Shown here piece by piece: positions 1 to 6,507 of a stretch of DNA of 11,924 nucleotides. Position 1 is the stretch's first letter, and every line of letters starts with the position of its first letter. A program made the translations under genes and the position numbers. Location: positions 1-11,924 of the forward strand of contig NZ_JAYKGW010000101.1 in assembly GCF_035285525.1 (NCBI RefSeq). Direction: 5' to 3'. This stretch comes from Okeania sp. (lineage in GTDB: Bacteria; Cyanobacteriota; Cyanobacteriia; Cyanobacteriales; Microcoleaceae). The notes under the pieces were generated by a model. The model was not told where the DNA came from and did not search any database. It saw only the letters and a list, made by a program, of their open reading frames with translations.

Positions 1-1
1 A

Positions 2-118
2 GAACAACTGAAACAAGTAATCTGCGATCGCTGTTGTCAGCTAGTCAAACAACCAGAAATATTGCGGGCGATCACTCAATTCCACTGGTGGCCGTCAACC
101 ATTATTTGCAATGTCTAA
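2..118 (+). CDS. 3' end of an unidentified ORF entering from the left window edge (partial; frame uncertain)
   Basis: Frame +2 is open from the window edge to TAA at 116-118 (EQLKQVICDRCCQLVKQPEILRAITQFHWWPSTIICNV*). A small hairpin plus T-run follows at 158-176. Frame +1 is also open, to TAG at 199-201, so the frame is not secure. No family recognised. Confidence 0.2.
   Translation, partial: EQLKQVICDRCCQLVKQPEILRAITQFHWWPSTIICNV
24..31. repeat. HIP1 octamer GCGATCGC (further exact copies at 4792-4799 and 10732-10739)
   Basis: Exact palindromic octamer read directly from the sequence. HIP1 over-representation is a known hallmark of many cyanobacterial genomes. Confidence 0.9.
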
Positions 119-157
119 TTAACCGGACTCTATATCAAAAGCAGGAAAGGGGTTGGG

Positions 158-176
158 GAAGAGGTCTTCGCTTTTT
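158..176 (+). terminator. Weak candidate intrinsic terminator between convergent genes
   Basis: GAAGA-GG-TCTTC palindrome (158-169) followed by GCTTTTT. The stem is short, so the call is weak. Confidence 0.2.
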
Positions 177-227
177 GGTCACTTCTAATCCACCATTTTA
201 GTCTTGACAGGCCACAACTCATAAGAC

Positions 228-2768
228 TTACCACGGACTACCAATCATTGTAAAACTTGCCCAATAATAAGGATGAGATAAATCTTCTGTTTGTAAACGA
301 ACCGCTAAAGTTTCTAATACCAAATCATCTCCACGAGTAGAGTAGAGCAAACCTTTTTCCACCGCCACATTCCCCCGCAACAAAGCTAACTGCGCCTTCC
401 TCAAAGCTTCTGCTTTAATTGAACTAGACCTCAAATTACGGTAAAACTCAATCATTAACCTCAAAGTTCCCACATCGCTCACTTGCCACAAACTTGCTAA
501 AGCAGATTTAACTCCAGCTTGATGAGCTAACCCGGCAAATCCCATTTCAGTTTCCCAAATATTTCCCAAACCAGTTTCACAAGCACTCAAAACCAATAAC
601 TCTACCTGGGGTTGTTTATACCACTCTAAATTGCGGAGTTCTTTCAGAGGTAATTTTCGATCCCAAAACTGAATATAGGGAGAATTTTCCGCAGAGAAAT
701 TAGCATGAGTAGCTATGTGCATAATTTTAAATTTTTCTTGGTTACGCATTTTTTGCAGATTCTCTAGAGTAAAAGATTGATTAAGTAAAGCTTCTCCCCT
801 CCATAATCTCTCTGTAATAGTGAAAACTTCAGTTGGCACACTAGGTAGAGTCGGTTTGTCTACAAATTCGGACATTCCCATTGCCAGAACTTCTGCATTT
901 TCGAGACTTTGATAACTAGCATTAGTCAAACTCAAACTGGGAATGAGACTAAAATTATAATTCTCAATCAAGAATTTTTCTCCGTCATACAAAGCTGCTA
1001 AAGGAATTGAGCGCAACTCTTCATCTAGATAAAATAAGAGAGTATTGATGCCAGCTTTTTTTAAGTCAGTTTCCAGAGGGGTAATTAACCACTGATATAG
1101 TTGGCGAGCTGCCGGCCATCCTGTAGTTCTGGGGTCGCTCACTTCCATATAAAATTCTTTGGCAACTCGACGGAGTTTCTTTGCTTCTACTTTTGGCATA
1201 CTTTTGACAATTGGTTTGCGGTCTGGCAAAACCAACATTAAAGTTAATCCGCTAGTAAAATTCTCTAGTTCGATACCTTCAATTTGTTCAGTCAATTTAT
1301 TGGGATGAGTAATTACATAAATTGCAGCAGGTTTTTGTTTTGTTTGCTTCTCAATTTCTGTAAAAGTTTCTCGAATACTAGCTTCGGTTAAAATTTGCTC
1401 AGTTGGAAGTTCAGTATTAGTAGATGAGAGAGAATAAACAACTGGAGAATTAGTTATTAAGTCTAAGTTGGTTTCACTAATTGGGATTTCTTCTTCAACA
1501 GAAAAAGTTTTGATTTCCAGAACATTAGATTTATCTGATTTTTCGGGAACCGTAAAGTTATGTTCTCTAGATGAAAAAGTTTCTGACTCAAAGCTAGAAC
1601 TTTCCAATGTGGAAATTTCATTCTGCTTTTTTGTTCTTTCTGAGTGATGACCAGAGTGTTTGCTTTCAGGAGGAATGAACTCTGTTTCTGGAATATTAGT
1701 TCTGATCTGAAACTGATTCTGAGACTTTTTGTTTTTGAAGGAGAAAGGTTGTTGGAATAAAACAGATTGAGAAGTATCAATAACTTTTGTCGACTCCTGG
1801 GATAAAGTTTCTCCTGAAAGAGGAGATGAAAAGAAAACTCTATCTCTATCATTCTTGTGATGAGGTTTCACTGTTTCATAACCAATTCTACCGAATTGTA
1901 AATTATTTGAATTGGTAAGTTGAATTGTTCCATTTTCTGCAACTTGAACATTTGTAGCACTTGCTTGAGTTTCACCTGTGAGCATTTCTGGCAAAGCTAC
2001 AGTGGGTAAGTCAGGATTTTCAACAATTGTTTGAGTTGGTACTTCTAAATTTAAAAGATTTCCATTTTGCCGAATCTCAACCCAACCATTTTCCGGTGCC
2101 ATGACAATATCAACATTACCATTAGGAGCATCAAGCATTCCTAAATTTACAACATCGTTTCCTACTAATCCAATACTTTGTCCGTCTCTAACTTTTAAAT
2201 TTCCTTGATTGATAATTGTGCCTGATGTTCGTGAAAAAACAAATCCACTAGGAGAACCTACTAATTCTGAGTAGTTGTTTCGTGCAAAAACATCAAAACG
2301 AGAAGAAGGAAAGCCATTCATACTATTTCCCATCTCAATAGCAGTTGACGTTGTAGTGAAAAATGAACCAGGTACATCTAAACGAGCATTAGAACCAAAA
2401 ATTATTCCCGCAGGATTCATCAAAAATAAATTAGCATTACTTCCACTCACCCGAATCATCCCATCAATCTGAGAAATATTTCCTCCCCTAATCCCTGTCA
2501 AAATATTTTGTGTTTCTGGAGTAGAAATAAAATTAACTGTTTGCCTAGTATTCACATTAAATTGTTCAAAACTGTGGAATAAATTAGCTCCATTTGCCGA
2601 ACGACTTCCTCCCTGAATATCGACAGTTTGTGAATTTGAAGTTTGATTCGTAGGCATGACAACAGTTCCCGTTCCATCAGATGCCGGAATAATTTGAGCA
2701 AAAGTCATTAACGGGGAAACTAAAATAGTGACTCCAATTAGAGGAGCTATTTTTAATAATTGATTCAT
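228..2768 (-). CDS. Secreted TPS-domain (filamentous-haemagglutinin N-terminal) / CHAT-domain caspase-like protease fusion protein
   Basis: The ORF is 228-2834. I place the start at ATG 2766-2768 (MNQLLKIAPLIGVTILVSPLMTFAQ looks like a signal peptide), because the 22 upstream codons overlap the IS terminus. N-terminal TPS/haemagglutination-activity motifs: NLFHSFEQFNV and NILTGIRGGNISQIDGMIRVSGSNANLFLMNPAGIIFGSNARLDV. A long S/E/T/K-rich linker follows. The C-terminal CHAT domain has the His/Cys dyad context IMHIATHANF and LLVLSACETGLG. Stop is TAA at 228-230. Confidence 0.9.
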   Translation of the reverse strand: MNQLLKIAPLIGVTILVSPLMTFAQIIPASDGTGTVVMPTNQTSNSQTVDIQGGSRSANGANLFHSFEQFNVNTRQTVNFISTPETQNILTGIRGGNISQIDGMIRVSGSNANLFLMNPAGIIFGSNARLDVPGSFFTTTSTAIEMGNSMNGFPSSRFDVFARNNYSELVGSPSGFVFSRTSGTIINQGNLKVRDGQSIGLVGNDVVNLGMLDAPNGNVDIVMAPENGWVEIRQNGNLLNLEVPTQTIVENPDLPTVALPEMLTGETQASATNVQVAENGTIQLTNSNNLQFGRIGYETVKPHHKNDRDRVFFSSPLSGETLSQESTKVIDTSQSVLFQQPFSFKNKKSQNQFQIRTNIPETEFIPPESKHSGHHSERTKKQNEISTLESSSFESETFSSREHNFTVPEKSDKSNVLEIKTFSVEEEIPISETNLDLITNSPVVYSLSSTNTELPTEQILTEASIRETFTEIEKQTKQKPAAIYVITHPNKLTEQIEGIELENFTSGLTLMLVLPDRKPIVKSMPKVEAKKLRRVAKEFYMEVSDPRTTGWPAARQLYQWLITPLETDLKKAGINTLLFYLDEELRSIPLAALYDGEKFLIENYNFSLIPSLSLTNASYQSLENAEVLAMGMSEFVDKPTLPSVPTEVFTITERLWRGEALLNQSFTLENLQKMRNQEKFKIMHIATHANFSAENSPYIQFWDRKLPLKELRNLEWYKQPQVELLVLSACETGLGNIWETEMGFAGLAHQAGVKSALASLWQVSDVGTLRLMIEFYRNLRSSSIKAEALRKAQLALLRGNVAVEKGLLYSTRGDDLVLETLAVRLQTEDLSHPYYWASFTMIGSPW

Positions 2769-2817
2769 AGGATCATAGGCAAAACTAAAATTACCATTAG
2801 CTTTACATTTTACAATT

Positions 2818-2839
2818 TGACATACTCCTGACATTCTCC
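2818..2839 (-). repeat. Tandem 11-mer at the IS right end (minus strand GGAGAATGTCA GGAGTATGTCA)
   Basis: Plus strand reads tgacatactcc (2818-2828) then tgacattctcc (2829-2839), 10 of 11 identical and directly adjacent. It lies immediately outside the terminal hairpin TCTCCC-GTA-GGGAGA (2835-2849). Confidence 0.7.
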
Positions 2840-2990
2840 CGTAGGGAGAGGGCGGGATTCTTCAGCCAGGGAAACCCTGACCGCTGCGCATGACAGAGGT
2901 GATGTCCTCCCCCTGTGTTGATAATAATCCGATTTTTTGTATTAGAAGGGCTGAGTTATAGTCCCTATCTAGCTCTTGACCACATTTAGG
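2829..2990 (-). ncRNA. Putative omega-RNA (reRNA) scaffold remnant overlapping the tnpB 3' end and right end
   Basis: In IS200/IS605 elements the guide RNA is encoded across the tnpB 3' end and RE. This span has GC-rich hairpins (TCTCCC-GTA-GGGAGA at 2835-2849) within AT-rich DNA. No covariance model was run and the 5' boundary is arbitrary. Confidence 0.3.
2834..2872 (-). repeat. IS right-end subterminal segment (similar to 4411-4449)
   Basis: Plus-strand ttctcccgtagggagagggcgggattcttcagccaggg aligns by hand with ccctcccctacaggagaacgcgggacttcccgccgggg, roughly 30 of 38 positions with small gaps. Blocks shared by both segments: ctccc, ta, ggaga, gcggga, cttc, gcc, ggg. Confidence 0.65.
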
Positions 2991-4247
2991 CCATGAATGC
3001 CAGTGCTGTGACAAGCTTTTAGAAACTTTCTTCAAACATTCCCAACAATATTGAGATGTACCTTTTGGGTCTACGCGCGATAATTTTCTTACCTAACTTC
3101 CAGCCAACATACTCTAATACTTGAATAAACTGGCCAAATGCTGCATCTTGTCAAGACTTATTTAAGCCTGACTTACCTGATTGACCATTAGGTAGAAACT
3201 GACCATTTTCTCCTAATTTAGCTTTGCAGCACCGAAGTAAGTTTTTGATATGTAAGTCTTCCAGGAATATTGCACTTACGTCTGAAAACAGATGATAAGC
3301 CAGTTTAAATTGCCAATCCAAACGCTGTCTGGCTATTAATTGATGCAGTTTAGCTATTTTACGTTTAAGAATTTTCCCAGGTTTAGAATGTTTGTTTTTT
3401 TTAGATAATCTTACCTGAAGTTTAGATAATCTATCTTGAGAGAACCTAAAAAACTTAGGTGCTTCTATAAACTCGCCATCACTGGTCACAAATAATCCCA
3501 AGTCAATACCTTTTGAGTTTTTTAAAGTGGGTTGAATTTCTAACAGGCACAGTTTTATCTTCTATCGTGAAGCTAATGTACCACCCGTCAACTTCACGAA
3601 TAACACTACCTGTCTTGACTTTGAAACCTCCTGGTATTGAGCGATTATACACAAAAGGAACCAAACCAATCTTTGGTAAGTTTACACAATACCGACCATT
3701 AGCATTTTTGACAATACTAGAGTTTGATAACTGGGGATAACTAAAAGAATTATAATAATGTTTACCTTTGAATTTAAGTTTACCAGTGGTTTTACCATCT
3801 CGATGGGGTTTGGTAAAGTTATCCATCGTAGTTTGTACACGTTGAATAACATCTTGCAAGACCTGGGAGTGGATATTCTTATACTCAGGGAATAGTTTTT
3901 TTGTTTGTGCTAGGTCTGCTAACTGTACTGTTTCCCAAGCTACATAACCATTTATGATGTTAGGATGCTTGTCACCTTTTTTCGTTACTGATATTGCCGT
4001 TATCATCTTTCTTTCTGCCATCCCGTGTTTGTGTTCTAAACTCTGGGATATTTTGATAAATTCGTTCTACTGGTACTACTGAAACATTAAGTGGACAAGC
4101 GTTTACTCGTGTACGGGTTGCTTCAAACCAATTCAACCTTTGAGCTAAACGATAATTATACTGCTTCCTGGCCATTTATAACCAATTAGATATAATCACC
4201 GGTTGCTTTTAATGTGGTTTTAACTTGTACTTGTATTTCAATAGCAT
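2862..4247 (-). pseudogene. tnpB: tnpB (IS605 OrfB-type RNA-guided nuclease) pseudogene
   Basis: Minus-strand pieces are collinear with the cyanobacterial TnpB architecture. Piece 1: MLLKYKYKLKPH*KQPVIISNWL* (4247-4176, two in-frame TAA). Piece 2: MARKQYNYRLAQRLNWFEATRTRVNACPL (ORF 3972-4175). Piece 3, after a frameshift: ...FPEYKNIHSQVLQDVIQRV...KFKGKHYYNSFSYPQ...GWYISFTIE (ORF 3503-4021). Piece 4, after a frameshift: GIDLG (3496-3510, RuvC-I) ...KIAKLHQLIARQRLDWQFKLAYHL...IFLEDL (RuvC-II Glu). Piece 5, after a frameshift: QDAAFGQFIQVLEYVGWKLGKKIIA. Piece 6, after a frameshift: VDPKGTSQYCWECLKKVSKSLSQHWHSWPKCGQELDRDYNSALLI (zinc ribbon with one Cys replaced by Trp, RuvC-III Asp), ending at TGA 2862-2864. 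In total at least 4 frameshifts and 2 premature stops. Confidence 0.85.
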
Positions 4248-4410
4248 AGAGAATCGACCTCTTCAACTATACGTCTGTTATTATAATAATTACTGTAGAT
4301 ATAATTGTCAACAACCATAACAGAATAATGGTGTTAGTATCTAAGTTCTAAAATAAGTATATAGAAAATCAGGATGAACCACACAAATAAGGCCCAGCTT
4401 TCCCATACGA

Positions 4411-4449
4411 CCCTCCCCTACAGGAGAACGCGGGACTTCCCGCCGGGGT
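4411..4449 (-). repeat. IS left-end subterminal segment (similar to 2834-2872)
   Basis: Contains the perfect palindrome GCGGGA-CT-TCCCGC (4430-4443) and CTCC-cctaca-GGAG (4413-4426). It lies about 165-205 bp upstream of the tnpB start and directly abuts the stop codon of the 4464-5642 gene. Confidence 0.6.
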
Positions 4450-4463
4450 AGTCAAACCTATAT

Positions 4464-5642
4464 CTATTCTTCTCCCAACTGTTCCTGCAATTTTTCCAGT
4501 GATAATTTCAACTCATCTCTCTGTTGAAATTCCCCCAATTTTTCATACTTATTAAAAGCTAATTTTAACCAACGAATCGCTTCCTCTTTACTACCTAAAT
4601 TTGCATAAACTTTCCCTAAAGCCGCCTCAATTTTTGCTTTTCCTCCAACATCATCAATTCCGATTAATTTAACTGATTTTAAATAGTAATCTTTAGCTGA
4701 CTTAAGTAATTGAATTTTTTGATATATTTCACCCAACATTTGATAAATAGCTGCCGTATAATTTCCTGACTCAATAAAAGATTCTAAAATAGCGATCGCC
4801 TCTAAATTCAAACCATTTTTTTGATAAAGTTCAGCCATACTTAGTACCATTGCTTCACCCTCTAAATTTTGAGTAAGTTCCTGACTTTTTGCCAAAATTT
4901 CTTCTTGTTGAGATTTTGAAATTAGAGCAAATCCCATTCCCAAATAATCTTGTTTAGAAAAAGGGGATTTTTCATCAAGGGAAGAAACCTCAGTATCAGC
5001 ATGAACAATTACTGTATATCGGATACCTGTTTTTAAAGGAATTTCTCCTGAATAAACCACTTTATTTTCACTAACTTCTGTTTCCCAAATATATTCTGAC
5101 GGACTTTTAATTATAACAGTATAACGAGTTGCATTTGCCACAGCATTCCAGCGGAAAATTAAAGGTTTATCTGGTAATAAAAAAGTGTGACGGGGACTAA
5201 TAAGATAGGGAATATTTTCAGTAATTGTTACTTGATTAATTCCACGAGTAACATCAAGGGGAACGCATCCATCTGGAGTTTTTACACATTGGGATTTAGC
5301 TTGTAAACAGCCATCCATTGTTTGAGATATTTTATTTTTTGGCAAATTCCAAGTTTTCCAATTGGTGTAACAAATTGCCATTAAATTTGCTTGAGATGTA
5401 AGTTTAATTTTATCTTCTGCATACAGTTCTGTTCCGACAAAAGCTGGATAATATTCTGACCAGTTATGACGTTTTAAAAATACTTTTCCATCTACTTTAA
5501 TAATTCTTCCAACTGGAGATTGATTAGTTTGAGTAATAGCATTAACTGGTGGAATTATAAAATGATTTAGTAAATTAATCATCTGCTTTATTGGAGTAAA
5601 ATTTAAAAGAATTAATAGAGCTAAAAATGTATAATTTTTCAT
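4464..5642 (-). CDS. Secreted/periplasmic protein: signal peptide, FecR-like and DUF928-like beta region, C-terminal TPR repeats
   Basis: MKNYTFLALLILLNF...PPVNA|ITQ resembles a signal peptide with an AXA-like cleavage site. VGRIIKVDGKVFLKRHNW...GTELYAEDKIKLTSQANLMAI resembles the FecR fold. PLIFRWNAVANATRYTVII...IPLKTGIRYTVIVHAD resembles the PxFxW...Y.W core of cyanobacterial DUF928 proteins, but this match is tentative. The C-terminal ~130 aa form TPR-like helices (AELYQKNGLNLEAIAILE..., MLGEIYQKIQLLKSAKDYYLKSV, ALGKVYANLGSKEEAIRWLKLA). Confidence 0.8.
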   Translation of the reverse strand: MKNYTFLALLILLNFTPIKQMINLLNHFIIPPVNAITQTNQSPVGRIIKVDGKVFLKRHNWSEYYPAFVGTELYAEDKIKLTSQANLMAICYTNWKTWNLPKNKISQTMDGCLQAKSQCVKTPDGCVPLDVTRGINQVTITENIPYLISPRHTFLLPDKPLIFRWNAVANATRYTVIIKSPSEYIWETEVSENKVVYSGEIPLKTGIRYTVIVHADTEVSSLDEKSPFSKQDYLGMGFALISKSQQEEILAKSQELTQNLEGEAMVLSMAELYQKNGLNLEAIAILESFIESGNYTAAIYQMLGEIYQKIQLLKSAKDYYLKSVKLIGIDDVGGKAKIEAALGKVYANLGSKEEAIRWLKLAFNKYEKLGEFQQRDELKLSLEKLQEQLGEE

Positions 5643-5873
5643 AGTTTATTTCCATTATTATTTATAAATTTTGGTAGATTATATGTAGTTATTTAATGAC
5701 TCGTTATTAATTACTGATTCTGATACTTGAAAATATTTTTATGCAGGCCGGAAAGCCCACACTTATATACCTCACCCTTGGTGAAATATGCCGTAAATTT
5801 ATCATTCAATTATCTGCTTGACTATAGTAAAACATAAAATAAATAATCAAACCAAAAGTTTCTGAATTTTTAT
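5643..5873 (-). repeat. Tandem unit A (231 bp): native leader of the 392-aa gene plus a deletion derivative of units B/C
   Basis: Starts with agtttatt and ends with tat, which is ATA at the position homologous to the start codon. It shares the leader, the GGCCGGAAAGCCC block and the signal-peptide relic with B/C, but lacks the segment ggagattgatt...gatattaat. Confidence 0.85.
5678..5683 (-). promoter_or_regulatory. Candidate -10 box (TATAAT on minus strand) of the 4464-5642 gene
   Basis: Perfect TATAAT about 35 nt upstream of ATG 5642. The equivalent position in repeat units B and C reads GATAAT. No convincing -35 element. Not experimentally anchored. Confidence 0.3.
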
Positions 5874-6185
5874 AGTTTATTGCTATTTATATTTATAAAT
5901 TTTAGTAGATATTATCTAGGTATTAAATTACTAATTACTAATTCTGATACTGGAGATTGATTAGCTTGAGTAATAAAGTTAGCTGGTATAAATCTCACAT
6001 ACAGCAGATTCCAAGTAGATGAAATACAGATATTAATAATTAAATGTTTTTACTCCTGGCCGAAAAGCACCCATCGGTGTACTTCACCCCTGGTTCAATA
6101 TGCTGTAAGCTCATCATTGAATTATCTGCTTAACTACAGTTAAAAATAAAAGAAATAATAAAGTAAAAAAAATCATACTTTTTAT
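5874..6185 (-). repeat. Tandem unit B (312 bp): copy of promoter/leader plus 5' coding relic of the 392-aa gene
   Basis: Hand alignment to unit C is near-identical, apart from a few mismatches near the leader start, a 9-bp indel, a ~58-bp divergent cassette (6062-6119) and ~22 bp at the start-codon position. Minus-strand relics: IPANFITQANQSPV (gene: IIPPVNAITQTNQSPV) and MIFFTLLFLLFLTVVKQIIQ* (6114-6176). Confidence 0.9.
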
Positions 6186-6320
6186 AGTTTATTGCCATTT
6201 GTATTTGTAAAATTTAGTAGATATTATCTAGGTATTAAATTACTAATTACTAATTCTGATACTGGAGATTGATTAACTTGAGTAATAAAGTTATCTGGTA
6301 TAAATCTCACATACATTAGA

Positions 6321-6429
6321 TACAGCAGATTCCAAGTAGATGAAATACAGATATTAATAATTAAATGTTTTTACTCCTGGCCGGAAAGCCCTGTGCGGGT
6401 GTACCTAAAGTCTCGTTAAATCTGCTGTA
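6321..6429. mobile_element. MITE-like insert bounded by an 11-bp perfect inverted repeat (TACAGCAGATT ... AATCTGCTGTA); second copy at 6000-6107
   Basis: IR arms lie at 6321-6331 and 6419-6429 in unit C. In unit B they lie at 6000-6010 and 6097-6107 (10 of 11 match). About 110-130 bp here have no counterpart in the intact gene, whose homologous sequence runs straight from ...ctggt to ...aaatgatttagtaaatta. No transposase gene is associated with it. Confidence 0.35.
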
Positions 6430-6435
6430 AATTTA

Positions 6436-6507
6436 TCAGTAAATTATCTGCTTAACTACAGTTAAAAATAAAAGAAATAATAAAGCCAAAAATTTCTGAA
6501 TTTTCAT
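6436..6507 (-). pseudogene. Signal-peptide relic ORF (23 aa) of a duplicated 5' end
   Basis: ATG 6505-6507 to TGA 6436-6438 encodes MKIQKFLALLFLLFLTVVKQIIY*. This is homologous to MKNYTFLALLILLNFTPIKQMIN of the intact gene. Whether it is translated as a micro-peptide is unknown. Confidence 0.4.

Larger units (their letters stand above)
2818..4452 (-). mobile_element. Decayed tnpB-only IS200/IS605-family (IS1341-like) insertion element; no tnpA
   Basis: Contains a full-length but broken tnpB (2862-4247). It is bounded by two similar GC-rich hairpin-containing subterminal segments in direct orientation (2834-2872 and 4411-4449), as expected for LE/RE of this family. These GC-rich ends stand out from the AT-rich surroundings. 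Exact termini are uncertain by about 20 bp. Confidence 0.75.
6186..6507 (-). repeat. Tandem unit C (322 bp): copy of promoter/leader plus 5' coding relic; followed by a fourth partial leader copy at 6508 to about 6550
   Basis: Same architecture as unit B. The start context GGAAATAAACT-ATG is retained at 6505-6507. Confidence 0.9.

Noticed and set aside
1463-1852. 129-aa minus-strand ORF inside the CHAT gene; also the 65-aa plus-strand ORF at 2275-2472
   Set aside because: Both lie entirely within the 868-aa ORF, which has strong domain motifs, and are in alternative or antisense frames. Their K/L/F-rich low-complexity translations are typical of off-frame reading of AT-rich DNA.
2769-2834. 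N-terminal 22-codon extension of the CHAT ORF (MSGVCQIVKCKANGNFSFAYDP)
   Set aside because: It overlaps the IS right-end duplicated 11-mer. It precedes a much better start, where M23 is followed by a signal-peptide-like hydrophobic stretch. The extension is probably an artefact created by the insertion.
3513-3740. 75-aa plus-strand ORF
   Set aside because: It is antisense to the clearly TnpB-homologous reading frame and has no recognisable motifs.
2862-4247. Active TnpB nuclease, or a TldR-like nuclease-dead RNA-guided repressor acting on the adjacent CHAT gene
   Set aside because: The position is tempting, since the guide-proximal right end faces the CHAT start. However, the reading frame has at least four frameshifts and two in-frame stops, so no full-length protein can be made. 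Exapted TnpB-derived repressors retain intact ORFs. Only re-sequencing that shows the frameshifts are errors would revive this idea.
5750-6441. Diversity-generating retroelement (TR/VR) explanation for the divergent cassettes
   Set aside because: The differences between cassettes include all substitution classes and an indel, not adenine-specific changes. There is no reverse transcriptase gene in the window. The cassettes lie in non-functional 5' relics rather than in a C-terminal variable domain.
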